In this document: piece after piece, positions 10,376 to 21,037 of the stretch | Numbering within the stretch: the stretch's first letter is position 1 | Layout of the letters: each line of letters starts with the position of its first letter | NCBI GenBank assembly: GCA_965248435.1 | Contig: OZ252100.1 | Coordinates: forward strand, 1,088,001 to 1,152,000 | Source of the DNA: Candidatus Latescibacterota bacterium | GTDB lineage: Bacteria > Latescibacterota > UBA2968 > GCA-2709665 | Direction of reading: 5' to 3' | Length of the DNA: 64,000 nucleotides | Notes under the pieces: model-generated | Seen by the model: only the letters and a program-made list of their open reading frames with translations | The model's database searches: none | What the model was told of the DNA's origin: nothing | Translations under genes and position numbers: made by a program

Positions 10376-12823
10376 TCAATCACCGGTTTTTAATGCGCTT
10401 TCGTAATCCCCTTGTACGCTCCGATTTCGGACATTCTCGATCACTTGCAGAATAGCAGGAAGCACGACAACGGCGGAAATAAAGCAGGTGATAAGTCCGA
10501 TGAAGGCCAGCTTCCCGATGGAGTTCAGACCGGGATGGGTCGCCAGCATCAGACCCAGGAACCCTACCATCGTCGTCATCGTGGACACAAACATAGCTCC
10601 GCCAGTACTCCTCAAAACGAGAATCAGTGAGCCCGGCCCTTCTTCTCTATACCGGTGGTGAAAATGAACGCCATTGTCAATGCCCATCCCGATGATCGTG
10701 GGTAACGCGACCATATTGTAGAAATTTAGTTTCATGTCTGTCAAAAACATCGCACCTAACATCCAAATGGCACCGCAGACCAATGGGAACATAACAAGAG
10801 CCACTTCCTTCAAACCTCGAAAATCAGCCAGGACGATCAAGAAAACCACGACGATGGTAAGAATAATGGCCGTCCTGCTATCTCGGATCATGAGCTTCAA
10901 CATGTCCGCAAATATGATGCTCGAACTGGAAGAATAGAAAGTCTTTCCTGACTTCGTTTCGATCACTTCAGAATCATCCGCGAACGCCATCGCATTTTTT
11001 CCATCCCTGAGCGGCACGTCCGGGTAGATAAATGCGAAATGGGCTCGACTTCCGTCGACCGTGGAAAACTTTCGCAGAATGTTCTGCGGGAGATCATCCA
11101 CGGTTAAAGACGCCACTTCCAACAGGTCGCGAAGCTCATCGAGACGCTCCTTTTGCTCACCTTTGATAAGCTTGGCACCTTCACCCTCGGTCAACACCCG
11201 AATCTCTTCAATGACCTCGAGTTTTTCCCGCTGACGTTTGGGAAGGGCCGACCAGAGGGTGCGAACCGTATGGATTGTGGGTGTGGCATCTTGGGACGCT
11301 ATCTTTGCCTCCACGGCAGCTACGACCTCGTCCAACTCCTCCTTGCTATCGGCTAAAACTAAACTGGGCGACTGAGAAAGCTTGTTGAACTTCGGGATGG
11401 TGCCCATCTTGTCTTTGACAGCCTGTGAAGCTGGCAGCCTGGATCTCAGGTTCGTAAAATCGTACTCGAACTCTATTGTGTGCAGATTCGAAGCCAGGTA
11501 AACGGTCAGGCAGACCGCCGCCACAAAAATCATCCCGGCGAAATAGAACCGTCCCTTATGATTTACTCTACTGTGCCCCCACACAGGCCTCAGGCGGACG
11601 ATGTTCAGTCTGTGATCCGCAAGGACAATAAAGGCAGGAAGCACGGTCAACATTGAGACAAGCGACATCAGGATACCCGTACCGACTATAAACCCGAATT
11701 CTGAGAACCCTTTGAAGTCCGTGACCGTCAAGGAAAAGAAGGCCATCGAGGTCGTTAATGCAGCTGTCAGAATGGCGAGCCCCGTCTGGCTCAACATCGT
11801 TTGGAGGGCCACCAGGACGTTCATTCTTGCGATTCGGTCCTCAAGATACCTGGAGAACATGTGGATGCCAAAGTCTACCCCCAGACCAAACAGGATCACG
11901 AAAAGGAACCCTGTCATCGTGTTCAGGTTGCCGATGACCCAGTAGGTGATCGCGAAGGCCCACATCAAACCCATCGTAAGGGGAATGGCAATAAAAAGGA
12001 CAGCCAGGGGCTGCCTGAAGTAGAACGTCAGAAGAAGGACAACACCGACGACGCCGTATATAAGCGTCGATTTGATGTCACCCAAAATGACGTCATATTC
12101 ATCAATCTTGTTCTTGAAAGGACCACCGTATTCGACGACCAATCCGGGGTGGTAGGACGAGGGGTTCATGCTGCTGACCGCATCTCGGACGACATCGTAC
12201 ATTTCCTTCGCGAACCCGATGTTGCTGACCGTCCCGGCAGCAACGAGCTCCAGTGCTACGATGCTACGCTCTGGATTCGAATAGTATGGGTCCTCTCCGT
12301 TCCGGTCCTCCTCGTATTTTTCTTCAATATCCGAAAAATCAAGCGCTTCCTCCTCGTCACTAAGGCTTATGTAGAGCGGTGACAACTTCAGCTTCTCTTC
12401 AGTAATTCGGTCTTCTATTCGAATTTGAATTTCTTCAAGATCCTCCAGGTCCATGTAGAGCAACGCATTTTTCTTGAAGAAGTCTATGTCTGCCTTGTAG
12501 TCGACATAATTCACGTACTCTTTGTAAGACTCCGTCTTCAGCTTTGCCGCCAGGTCTTCGGCGAATCGCTTTGAAATTTCGTAGTCTTCGCACTCTACGA
12601 GGACAACAAGCCCGCCCACACCCCCGACCCGCGACTTGATATCCTCAAGCGTCCTTACGCTCGGGTAATCCTTCGGGATCAGCGAGGCGATATCGGTGTC
12701 GATTCGCTTGACAAGCTGGTAGACAAAGTAGCTGCAGAAGAGCGTCAGCAGTCCGGATAGAACCACAATGCTCAGATATCGTTTATAGGCGATTCGCGCC
12801 AAGAAGTTGAACAATGCTTCCAT
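10376..12823 (-). CDS. MMPL/RND family lipid transporter (HpnN-like)
   Basis: Two repeats with 'GLGVDFGIH' and 'GMGIDNGVH' TM4/TM10 motifs; large periplasmic loops. Confidence 0.9.
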   Translation of the reverse strand: MEALFNFLARIAYKRYLSIVVLSGLLTLFCSYFVYQLVKRIDTDIASLIPKDYPSVRTLEDIKSRVGGVGGLVVLVECEDYEISKRFAEDLAAKLKTESYKEYVNYVDYKADIDFFKKNALLYMDLEDLEEIQIRIEDRITEEKLKLSPLYISLSDEEEALDFSDIEEKYEEDRNGEDPYYSNPERSIVALELVAAGTVSNIGFAKEMYDVVRDAVSSMNPSSYHPGLVVEYGGPFKNKIDEYDVILGDIKSTLIYGVVGVVLLLTFYFRQPLAVLFIAIPLTMGLMWAFAITYWVIGNLNTMTGFLFVILFGLGVDFGIHMFSRYLEDRIARMNVLVALQTMLSQTGLAILTAALTTSMAFFSLTVTDFKGFSEFGFIVGTGILMSLVSMLTVLPAFIVLADHRLNIVRLRPVWGHSRVNHKGRFYFAGMIFVAAVCLTVYLASNLHTIEFEYDFTNLRSRLPASQAVKDKMGTIPKFNKLSQSPSLVLADSKEELDEVVAAVEAKIASQDATPTIHTVRTLWSALPKRQREKLEVIEEIRVLTEGEGAKLIKGEQKERLDELRDLLEVASLTVDDLPQNILRKFSTVDGSRAHFAFIYPDVPLRDGKNAMAFADDSEVIETKSGKTFYSSSSSIIFADMLKLMIRDSRTAIILTIVVVFLIVLADFRGLKEVALVMFPLVCGAIWMLGAMFLTDMKLNFYNMVALPTIIGMGIDNGVHFHHRYREEGPGSLILVLRSTGGAMFVSTMTTMVGFLGLMLATHPGLNSIGKLAFIGLITCFISAVVVLPAILQVIENVRNRSVQGDYESALKTGD

Positions 12824-12825
12824 TT

Positions 12826-13425
12826 TTAGTCCTGGTCCGTCTCTTCGATCAGCTTGTCCTTTAGCTTCTGCACAAGTCCTTCATAGGAGGACTTCCGAAT
12901 TTCTTTCCTGAACTGCGCTCGGTTGCTACGCGTAATGCTCAGGTCATCCACAACCATGTCGTATATCAACCATCCGGCTTCCACTTTGTGCATCTTGTAA
13001 TCAAGGCTACTCATCTCGCCCTTGTAATGCACCTCGGTCTGCACCACTGCCTCTGTGCTGTTCATCTCCACTCCGATGTAGTCTATCTTTTCTGATTTCG
13101 TATAAAGCTTAGGGTCCCCATAATTCTTTTCCGTTAAACGCCTACAAAGATCGGTGAATTCTCTCTGTTCGTCCTGCGTGCGCTCCTTCCAGTATCTTCC
13201 AAGTGACAACTGGCTGAATCGTCCGTAGTCAAACAACTCTCCGATAAGCTCCTTTAGGCGCTCGCGTTCTGCGTCCGTCTCGCCTTTCGTCTCTGAACCT
13301 ACGATCTCCATTATGGCCTGATCGCGTGTCTTGATGAGGTCCAAAAGCGCACCGCCCTCGTCCCCGGCGTGAGCCGGGAAGATAGCGAGAAGCCAGAAAA
13401 GAAAAGTGAAAAGCAGAAAGGTCAT
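12826..13425 (-). CDS. MlaC/Ttg2D (HpnM-like) periplasmic lipid-binding protein
   Basis: Signal peptide ending AHA; 'FDY..FSQLSLGRYW', 'WLIYDMVVDDLS...RAQF'. Confidence 0.88.
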   Translation of the reverse strand: MTFLLFTFLFWLLAIFPAHAGDEGGALLDLIKTRDQAIMEIVGSETKGETDAERERLKELIGELFDYGRFSQLSLGRYWKERTQDEQREFTDLCRRLTEKNYGDPKLYTKSEKIDYIGVEMNSTEAVVQTEVHYKGEMSSLDYKMHKVEAGWLIYDMVVDDLSITRSNRAQFRKEIRKSSYEGLVQKLKDKLIEETDQD

Positions 13426-13522
13426 GTCAAGTATCAGATTGTGGGTGCAAGTTCTTGCGTACACAACACATGGAACCTCTCGGGAGTGGAAAGGTTCCAA
13501 TTCGCCTGCCCCTCTTTCTAAA

Positions 13523-14989
13523 TCAGTCGGCTTTTTCGGAAATCAGCCCCTCTTCTTCCAACTGGCGACCGACGGCTACGGGCCAGACCCCCTTTGTCCG
13601 GAGCATATGACCTGCGTACCCAAAGATCCCTGCCGTTACAAGGATCGAACCCGTCGTAAAAATCCAGTAGATCGCGTCTAGCCGGTTCGCGATGGCGAGC
13701 AGACAGAACAGTGCGGCAAAGAAATCCCGCCGGCAGGCAAACTTCAATGAACAGCAGAACCGGTGAAACCACCCACGCTTCTCCTTGGGCACGTCCCCTG
13801 AAAAGGCAAGGTTGAAGCTGGCGATGCTTCCTGATCCTGTGCTTTGGAGATAGATCGAAACCAGAGAAACACTCAGGATGTTGAGGGCAATGGCCACGAA
13901 CCCAAGTGTGAGAATGGAGCTTTGCCCCGACAGCTGATACATCCCATAGGTCACACCGACAAAAAAGGCTATGTATGAAATGTTGTCCGAGACGGTGTCC
14001 CACCACTCGCCCGAAAGTGAGCCTTCGAATTTTAACTTGGCGATCTCTCCATCACATCCGTCCACAATCGATGCGAATTGGAAGGTTAGACCTCCGAGTG
14101 CCAGCAACCAGTATTCTCCTGCCGATACCATCCAGGCTGATAGAAAACTGATGAGCAGCACACCAATCGAGACTTGATTCGGCGTGATCGGCGTCTTCAC
14201 AAGCAGGCGGCTTATCTGTCTGGAGATCTTTCGGTTGAATTTCCGGGATACGACGCCATCTGAAGGCTTTCCAAGTTGCTCCAAAAGGACCTGTTCTGCA
14301 TAGCGACGAGATTCCGGTGTATCCACATCCAGCCAAAACAGGCCATCCACCTCCACGGCGCTCACCTTCTGCTTCTGCGCCAGTATCCGAATTCCACCAG
14401 AGAGCGAGTCGTCGCTCATAGAGACAGAACGTCCCAACGCGCCGAATATGCTTTGGCTGCATAGAAAGATTCCGGTGTCGATCGCATTGAACGAATGCAA
14501 TCCTTTTCCGATCTGGACGATTTTACCCCCCTCGACAGCGACCTTCGTTGCATCATCCAAATCATAAACGCGATCTAGCTCCGGATCAACGCAGAGTAAG
14601 ATTTCATCCTTTCCAAGTGGCCTGTTTTGAAGCTTGACCAGGACCTGCGGGTCGAACAGGTGATCCGACATCAATAGAAAGAAAGGGCCATCTACGCTTG
14701 CCCGAGCCTTGAGCACCGACAACCCGTTTCCACGTTTCCATTCCAGGTTTTCGATCCACTCCATGCGAACGTCAAGCTGCGGATCCGACTCTATCTCCCT
14801 CCGAATCTCCTCTCCTCGATACCCTACAACAATCACGAAATCCGTAACGCCCGCAGATTTCGCGGAAACGATCGTTCGTTTAAGCAGGCTGAGTCCTGCA
14901 ATCTCAACAAGTGGCTTCGGTCGGTCTCCAGAACTTCCGTTAAGTCGACTGCCCACGCCTGCGGCGATTACAACTGCCTTGCTGACCAT
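13523..14989 (-). CDS. Bifunctional sugar/polyol-phosphate cytidylyltransferase + CDP-alcohol phosphotransferase (IPCT-DIPPS-like)
   Basis: N-terminal 'AVVIAAGVGSRL..PKPL'; C-terminal 'TPNQVS' and 'DGCDGEIAKLK...GEWWDTVSD' CDP-alcohol phosphotransferase signature. Confidence 0.9.
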   Translation of the reverse strand: MVSKAVVIAAGVGSRLNGSSGDRPKPLVEIAGLSLLKRTIVSAKSAGVTDFVIVVGYRGEEIRREIESDPQLDVRMEWIENLEWKRGNGLSVLKARASVDGPFFLLMSDHLFDPQVLVKLQNRPLGKDEILLCVDPELDRVYDLDDATKVAVEGGKIVQIGKGLHSFNAIDTGIFLCSQSIFGALGRSVSMSDDSLSGGIRILAQKQKVSAVEVDGLFWLDVDTPESRRYAEQVLLEQLGKPSDGVVSRKFNRKISRQISRLLVKTPITPNQVSIGVLLISFLSAWMVSAGEYWLLALGGLTFQFASIVDGCDGEIAKLKFEGSLSGEWWDTVSDNISYIAFFVGVTYGMYQLSGQSSILTLGFVAIALNILSVSLVSIYLQSTGSGSIASFNLAFSGDVPKEKRGWFHRFCCSLKFACRRDFFAALFCLLAIANRLDAIYWIFTTGSILVTAGIFGYAGHMLRTKGVWPVAVGRQLEEEGLISEKAD

Positions 14990-15004
14990 AACCTCCCTCC
15001 CATA

Positions 15005-16336
15005 CTACTTTACAACCGCGTTTCCGGTCGCAATCTGTAGGGCAGCCCACGTCGTGTTCAAATTGTAGACCGCCTCAAGGTACTTCGCGCGAATAACGCC
15101 ATATTCTTTCACGGCCTCGATCAGCTCCCCTGACTCTTCGAGCCCGGCATTAAACCCTTCCCGTGCAGAATTGATCCATCGTCTAGTTGCTCGCTTCGCC
15201 TTTCTCGCTTCGGCCACGTTTCCCTGGGCCTCTTTCAAGCTTGCGTAGATTCTTTCGAGTTCGATGCGGGCCCCAGCTCTCGCGAGGCGTTCTTGATGAA
15301 TCAGCTTTTGGTGTTCGAGTTGCACCTTCCGAACCTTGGCACGGGTGGCTCCAAAGGACAGGGACTGGCGTAAGCCGACAACGGCACCCAGGTGCTTAAA
15401 GTTGAAATCGTCCTTGGCGAAGGGGCTGTCTTGATCATCTCTGTTCGGCGCAAACGAATACTTGAACTGGCCTCCCAGGAAGAGCTGTGGATAATAGTCA
15501 CTGCGTGCGACCCGGACCTGCGCCTCACGGATGCCGATAACAGAACGAAGTTGCCTCAATCCTGGTCGATCATCCGATTTGGCGACATAATCTTCAAGCG
15601 GCAGGAGTTCAACTGAAATCGGACTCAACCTCTCTTGTGCCAGCACAAGGGAATCGCTCCTCGCAAGTCCAAGCAGAGACTTGAGTGCGGATCGAGACAA
15701 CGACTTCAGCTTGGCAACCTTGTTCAGGTTCTCGTGAACATCGAACAGAAAGCGATCCAACCGCGCAAGATCTATGTAGGTATAATCTCCTTCTTCAGCT
15801 TCCAGCTTTTCCAGAATCGTCTCACGCGCATCACCGATGTCTCGCTTCGCTTCAACGGCCAGCTCCCAGAGTTCATTCCCCAGCAACAGTCCGTAGTAGG
15901 CTTTGTTCACCTGAAGCGCCACCTTGTGCTGTGATCGCTCCAAGCCGGCCTTTTGGGCGGCGATCCCACCGGATGCCGCATCCTCGATCGCCGAGAGTTT
16001 TCCAAAAGTGAACAGGGGCTGGACCAAGCTGACTTCAGATCGCGAGAAAAGGCTCAGGTTCCCCAGATCGGTATCCCCGGCAAGCGCATTTCCCCGGGCC
16101 TCCGGGGAGGGCCCCAGTATCCAGCTCAAATCGAACTTCGGGAGAATGCGAGCCGCACGGGCGCGTGACCGCTCCGTCTCGGCGATCTTCAAATCGGTTT
16201 CTGAGGCACGAACTGCCGGGCTCGCCTCGATCGCGCGTGCCAAGGCAGTCGCCAGATCCAGACGAACCAGGTGATCGTCCCCGAACGCTGGACACGCCAA
16301 GACAAAACTGAGACATCCTGCCAGCAACCGTGCCAT
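15005..16336 (-). CDS. TolC family outer membrane efflux protein
   Basis: Signal peptide; 'QPLFTFGK', 'ARSDYYPQL', helical repeats, C-terminal 'LQIATG'. Confidence 0.88.
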   Translation of the reverse strand: MARLLAGCLSFVLACPAFGDDHLVRLDLATALARAIEASPAVRASETDLKIAETERSRARAARILPKFDLSWILGPSPEARGNALAGDTDLGNLSLFSRSEVSLVQPLFTFGKLSAIEDAASGGIAAQKAGLERSQHKVALQVNKAYYGLLLGNELWELAVEAKRDIGDARETILEKLEAEEGDYTYIDLARLDRFLFDVHENLNKVAKLKSLSRSALKSLLGLARSDSLVLAQERLSPISVELLPLEDYVAKSDDRPGLRQLRSVIGIREAQVRVARSDYYPQLFLGGQFKYSFAPNRDDQDSPFAKDDFNFKHLGAVVGLRQSLSFGATRAKVRKVQLEHQKLIHQERLARAGARIELERIYASLKEAQGNVAEARKAKRATRRWINSAREGFNAGLEESGELIEAVKEYGVIRAKYLEAVYNLNTTWAALQIATGNAVVK

Positions 16337-16585
16337 TTTGCCACGGGTGTGGTATTTTTGCAACACTAATCTCCGCAGCATCGGATGCCTGCAGTCGCAA
16401 TGCTTTTAGATGATTTGACCTTATTTTATAAAAAACAAATACTTGGTGATTGCTCAAGTAGGTCAGTCTAACATGACAATGCGAACGGTGTGCCACAATG
16501 TTCCTTCGAAGGGGTACGGGAAAGGGCGATGCCGATTCCTGTCTTGCATCGCCCTCTCTAATGAATCTTCCACAAACGTTTCAGA

Positions 16586-18139
16586 TCAGTTAATTCTAAA
16601 AATGATGTGATACCCCAGAGCCGTTTTGACCACTCCGCTGAGCTTGCCCACCCCCAGATTCAACACGGCCGCTTCGAATTCCACGTGCAAGTCCCCAGGC
16701 GAGAAAAAGCCAAGGTTTCCACCATCCTCTTTGGAGGCCGGGTCGATCGAATATTTTCGAGCCAGTTCAGCGAAGTCTCCGTTCGCTTTGAGTCTGCCAA
16801 GGACCTCGAGCGCCTCCTGCTTCGTCCTGACCAGAATGTGCCTCGCACTCAGTTCCCCGGCGCGAAGGGAAGCAACGACCTGAAGTCGTTGCTGGGCGTG
16901 TTTCAAGTCCGCAGCATTGTCGCTGTACTTCAGAGCCGCCTGGTAGGCGGTTTCTGCATCATCGAGCCTCTGAAGGAGCATGTGGACGAATCCCAGGTCA
17001 CTGTAAACGGTGACGTCCGTCGAATCTACAGACAATGCCTTTTTGAGTATGATGAGTGCCGAATCCGCGTCCTCCAGTCTCAGATAAAGCAATCCGAGGC
17101 CCTTGTATGGATCGACCCAGTCCGGTTCGAGTCGGATGGCCTCGTTGAATTCAAACCTGGCACGCGCTACCTCTCCACTCGAGAGCAGTAGCTGCCCGAG
17201 CGCGAGCCGAACTGAGGGATCCTTCGGGAGCATCTGAGCCAGATTCTGGTACTCGCCGATCGCACGGTCCAGATTGCCCTGCTCCGCGTAGAGCTGCCCC
17301 AAAGCGTCTCGGACCTCCAGGTCTTCTGGATTCAGTTCAACGGCCTTGATGAACGACTGCAGGGCCACGTCGTATGAGTCCACCTCGGAAGCCATAAAGC
17401 CCATGGCTCGAAAGACACTGGGATCTTTTGGGGCGACTTCAGCGGCCCGCCGGTAGGCCTTGAATGCCTCCGAAACCTTCCCACTGGAATGGTAGACCCC
17501 TCCCAGGTTGACGAGCAACCGAACGTGATCAGGATGCCGTGACAACCCCTTGTTCAACACCTGAACCGCCGTTTCAAAATTCTCCGTTCCTACGTGTATC
17601 AATGCGAGGTGAGTGTAGGCGTCGGTAAAGTCCGGGTCTCTCGTGATCGCTTTTTCCAAATCATCAACGGCAAGCCCCGGAAGGCCACCACTGCCGTAGA
17701 TTACAGCCCGATTCAAAAGCAGCGCTGCAGACCCGGGATTCTGTTGTAGACCTTCGTTCAGGACCTCCAGGGCTCTTGGTCCGTCACCAACCTTCACGTA
17801 TAGCAAGGCTAGACCGTTGTATCCGTCCACCAGATCAGGCCTCAGCTCGATCGAGCGACGAAACGCGGCTCGCGCGTCCTCTATTCGCCCGGTCTCTGTG
17901 TAAAGCGTCCCCAGATAACCCTGCGCTTCGGCGCTGTCGGCGTATGCGGACACAAAGGACTGTGCGACAATCAGGGCAGAATCAATTTTCCCGGCGCCGT
18001 AGTAGGCATCGATATCCCCTCTGAAGTCACGCGCAAGGAGAAGCGTGGGCCGGCAGAGCAAACCAAGGCACAGGATCGACAGAATGAAGGTGCCTGTTTT
18101 ACGTCTGCTCACATCTTGACAAGAGTCAGGCTTCCACAT
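16586..18139 (-). CDS. Exported TPR-repeat protein with C-terminal parvulin (PpiC) PPIase domain
   Basis: Many TPRs; 'SARHILV..FAELARKYSIDP..GGNLGFF..GYHII'. Confidence 0.88.
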   Translation of the reverse strand: MWKPDSCQDVSRRKTGTFILSILCLGLLCRPTLLLARDFRGDIDAYYGAGKIDSALIVAQSFVSAYADSAEAQGYLGTLYTETGRIEDARAAFRRSIELRPDLVDGYNGLALLYVKVGDGPRALEVLNEGLQQNPGSAALLLNRAVIYGSGGLPGLAVDDLEKAITRDPDFTDAYTHLALIHVGTENFETAVQVLNKGLSRHPDHVRLLVNLGGVYHSSGKVSEAFKAYRRAAEVAPKDPSVFRAMGFMASEVDSYDVALQSFIKAVELNPEDLEVRDALGQLYAEQGNLDRAIGEYQNLAQMLPKDPSVRLALGQLLLSSGEVARARFEFNEAIRLEPDWVDPYKGLGLLYLRLEDADSALIILKKALSVDSTDVTVYSDLGFVHMLLQRLDDAETAYQAALKYSDNAADLKHAQQRLQVVASLRAGELSARHILVRTKQEALEVLGRLKANGDFAELARKYSIDPASKEDGGNLGFFSPGDLHVEFEAAVLNLGVGKLSGVVKTALGYHIIFRIN

Positions 18140-18176
18140 ATAATCCCTCAAAAAATACGACCTGGTTAATGAACCC

Positions 18177-18794
18177 GTGAAACTAGAACTGCTTCCACAT
18201 ATCGTCACGTCAATCGTCTTCGTGGTCTCTATCCTGGCTTACGACTTCCTTGCCCCCAAGATCCCCATTCATTGGGGTATCGACGGCCGAATCGACACCA
18301 CCGCATCCAAGGGCTGGGGCATCTACCTGAATCCCGGGGCCATGGTATTGACGTACGTCTTCTTTTGGCTCATCACTTATATCGATCGGCCCCGGGTCAG
18401 GCGGCTACGAGAAGTCGGCGTCTATGACGCCCTGAGAGATGGCGCGGTCTCTCTTTTCGGCTATGCCCAGCTGCTTGCCGTGGGTAGCGGACTCGATTGG
18501 GTGAGCACCGAAGCCAACTTCCTGGTCGGAGCATCCTCGATCTGGATTCTCGTCGCCGGCTTGCACCTTCGGCGTCCTCCACACGTCAAAGTCTTCTGGT
18601 TACTCAGCCGCATGGGGATTGTGTCTTCCGATACAGCAGCAGCACATCTCTACGGAATCCTGATCGTTGCCGGAGCAGCCGGGGTTTGCGGCACCTTTAC
18701 CGGACGAGCCCAGATTTGGTGGCCGACCGCCGCACTTGGACTGGGTCTGTTCTGGACTCGGAGACGTTTCTCTTCCGCAAGTTCATCCACGTGA
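18177..18794 (+). CDS. DUF1648/SdpI-like membrane protein
   Basis: 'IPIHWGIDGRID' motif plus several TM helices. Confidence 0.75.
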   Translation: MKLELLPHIVTSIVFVVSILAYDFLAPKIPIHWGIDGRIDTTASKGWGIYLNPGAMVLTYVFFWLITYIDRPRVRRLREVGVYDALRDGAVSLFGYAQLLAVGSGLDWVSTEANFLVGASSIWILVAGLHLRRPPHVKVFWLLSRMGIVSSDTAAAHLYGILIVAGAAGVCGTFTGRAQIWWPTAALGLGLFWTRRRFSSASSST

Positions 18795-19678
18795 ACTCAC
18801 ATACCCCGCGCTTGACCCTGAGCGCTTGCGCCCTTGCTCTGCTCACTGCAATGCTCTGGGGTGGGCTCTCCGTCTCCATCAAAGTGGCCCTTGGTGGCCT
18901 GCCCCCCTTTCTGCTTGCCGCGGCTCGCTTCCTGCTCGGCCTGATCACCGTCTTCATCTGGGTCTTCTTCAGCCGGATTCCCCTGCGCCTTGCTCCCGGA
19001 GAACGACGCGGACTCCTCCTCCTCATCCCGCTGTTTGTCGGGCAGATCTACGTCTTGAACCTGGGCACACATCTTACCCTGGCCAGCCGAGCCACGATCT
19101 TCACCTGCTCCTATCCCCTTTTCACTGCGCTGCTTGCCCACTTCACCCTCGACGGCGATCGCCTGAGTGTGTCCAAAGGGGTCGGAATGGCTCTCTCTTT
19201 CGGGGGCGTCCTCCTGGTCTTCGCGGAAAGCCTGGCCCTGCACGAACTCAGCTACATCCCAGGGGACCTATTGTCGCTCGGAAGCGGCTTCCTCCTGGGG
19301 GCACGCCACGTCTACGCGAAACACCTCTTGAAAGATATCCATCCGGGCAAATTGCTTTTCTGGCAAGCGACCCTGAGCGTGCCGTGCTTCCTGCTCCTGA
19401 GCGCCGCTTTTGAGCAGCAAGTCCACTACGCGTTCACCCCTGAGATCGGAGTGGCCATTCTCTATCAGGGGATGGTCGTCGCAGGCTTCTGCTTTATCGT
19501 TATGACCAGTCTGCTTAGAAAGTACCGCGCAAGTCAGCTGGGTACATTCGGCTTTGCTACCCCTGTCTTCGGTGTGCTCCTCAGCAACATTTTGCTCGCA
19601 GAACCGATTTCTGCGGGCCTCCTCGCGAGTATGCTTCTCGTAGGCGCCGGCATCGCTATCGTCAACAGAGAAAGCTGA
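18791..19678 (+). CDS. DMT/EamA family transporter
   Basis: About 10 TMs; 'MLWGG..SIKVAL..PPF.LAAARF', 'PVFGVLLS.ILLAE'; GTG start overlaps the upstream stop. Confidence 0.88.
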   Translation: MNSHTPRLTLSACALALLTAMLWGGLSVSIKVALGGLPPFLLAAARFLLGLITVFIWVFFSRIPLRLAPGERRGLLLLIPLFVGQIYVLNLGTHLTLASRATIFTCSYPLFTALLAHFTLDGDRLSVSKGVGMALSFGGVLLVFAESLALHELSYIPGDLLSLGSGFLLGARHVYAKHLLKDIHPGKLLFWQATLSVPCFLLLSAAFEQQVHYAFTPEIGVAILYQGMVVAGFCFIVMTSLLRKYRASQLGTFGFATPVFGVLLSNILLAEPISAGLLASMLLVGAGIAIVNRES

Positions 19679-19696
19679 CTGCCTTCCCATCGTTCC

Positions 19697-21037
19697 TCAA
19701 TCTCCTACAAGCACAAACGCCACGTCTGCCACATTTGTTCCCGTTGGCCCTGTCATCACCAGGTCCTCGAGGGCCTTGAAGTAGTGGTAGGCGTCGTTAT
19801 TCTTCAGATAGGCGTTAGCCGAAAGCCCGAGTTCCGCTGCCCGGGAAATCGTGAAGCCGTCGGCTACAGCCCCGGCCGCGTCTGTTGGGCCGTCTGTACC
19901 ATCTGTGCCCCCGCTGAAGAGTACCACACCGTCCCAACCCGCGAGTTGCAGGGCGCCAGCCAGGGCGATTTCCTGATTTCTGCCTCCCTTACCCGATCCG
20001 CGGACCGTTACGGTCGTCTCCCCACCCGCGATCACACAGGCTGGCGTACGGACGGGTTGCCCCGAAGTCAACACCTCCTTCGCGACCGCCGAATAGACGT
20101 GCGCGACTTCTCTGGCCTCACCCTCGAGTCTGGTGGACAGGACCAGTGTATTGTAGCCCAGCTCCTTGGCCCGATCCTTTGCTGCTGATACCGCCAGGCC
20201 GTTGCTCCCCACCACAACGTTCTGACATCGCTCGAGCGCCTCATCACCAGGCTTGGGTGTGTCTGGAATACGCCCTGCAAGGCCTTCCTGCATCCGATCC
20301 TGGACGGACGGTGGAAGCTGGTCGCCCAGGTCGTATTTATCCACGATCTCCTGGCAGGTCTTGAAGGTGGAGGTATCGGGCACGGTCGGGCCTGACGCGA
20401 TCACATCCAGAGGATCCCCGATGACGTCCGATAGCATCAGGGCGACGACACGGGCCGGAAAAGCCGCACGCGCCAACCCACCCCCTTTGATTTGGGAAAA
20501 ATGTTTCCTGATCGCATTCAGCTCCACGATATTGGCGCCGCACTCCAGGAGAAGCCGCGTCGTCTCCTGTTTTTCCGCGAGCGTGATGCCCTCCGAGGGG
20601 GCGGGCATCAGCGCGGATCCCCCACCCGATATCAAACAGATCACCAATGTCCGCTCGTCTGCACTTTTGAGGAGTTCTAGGATTTTGAGAGTGCCCTGCA
20701 CGCCGGCCTCATCCGGGACGGGATGCCCGCACTCCACGATCTCGATTCGTTCTAGAGGTTCTGAATGTCCGTACTTCGTATTCACGATCCCGCTCGTCAA
20801 TCTCGCCCCGAGGATGTCCTCCAGGGCAACCCCCATACGCGGCGAGGCCTTCCCCGTCCCCACCGCCAGGATCTGCTCGAACTGGCTCAAATCGTAGGAT
20901 CCGTCCCCGACCACCAGTCTATCCCCCTCGAGCGAGACGAATCGGCGCACGCACTCCTCTGCATCCACGGCGCGAACCGCCGCATCGAAGATGGTTCGGG
21001 CATCCTGCCGCAGCTCTTCTACCGACTCCTGAGTCAT
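19697..21037 (-). CDS. Glycerate 2-kinase (MOFRL family, TtuD/GckA-like)
   Basis: 'GKAS', 'GHPVPD', 'LISGGGSAL', 'GGETTV', 'GGRNQE', 'TDGTDG', 'TGTNVAD'. Confidence 0.93.
   Translation of the reverse strand: MTQESVEELRQDARTIFDAAVRAVDAEECVRRFVSLEGDRLVVGDGSYDLSQFEQILAVGTGKASPRMGVALEDILGARLTSGIVNTKYGHSEPLERIEIVECGHPVPDEAGVQGTLKILELLKSADERTLVICLISGGGSALMPAPSEGITLAEKQETTRLLLECGANIVELNAIRKHFSQIKGGGLARAAFPARVVALMLSDVIGDPLDVIASGPTVPDTSTFKTCQEIVDKYDLGDQLPPSVQDRMQEGLAGRIPDTPKPGDEALERCQNVVVGSNGLAVSAAKDRAKELGYNTLVLSTRLEGEAREVAHVYSAVAKEVLTSGQPVRTPACVIAGGETTVTVRGSGKGGRNQEIALAGALQLAGWDGVVLFSGGTDGTDGPTDAAGAVADGFTISRAAELGLSANAYLKNNDAYHYFKALEDLVMTGPTGTNVADVAFVLVGD

Noticed and set aside
9315-13425. Hopanoid biosynthesis cluster (hpnH/hpnN/hpnM)
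   Set aside because: No squalene-hopene cyclase or hpnCDE in the window; the neighbouring CDP-alcohol transferase points to another lipid, though hopanoid transport is not excluded
18497-18790. N-terminal extension of the EamA transporter
   Set aside because: Overlaps the DUF1648 gene and is Arg/Ser-rich; GTG at 18791 gives a normal-size protein
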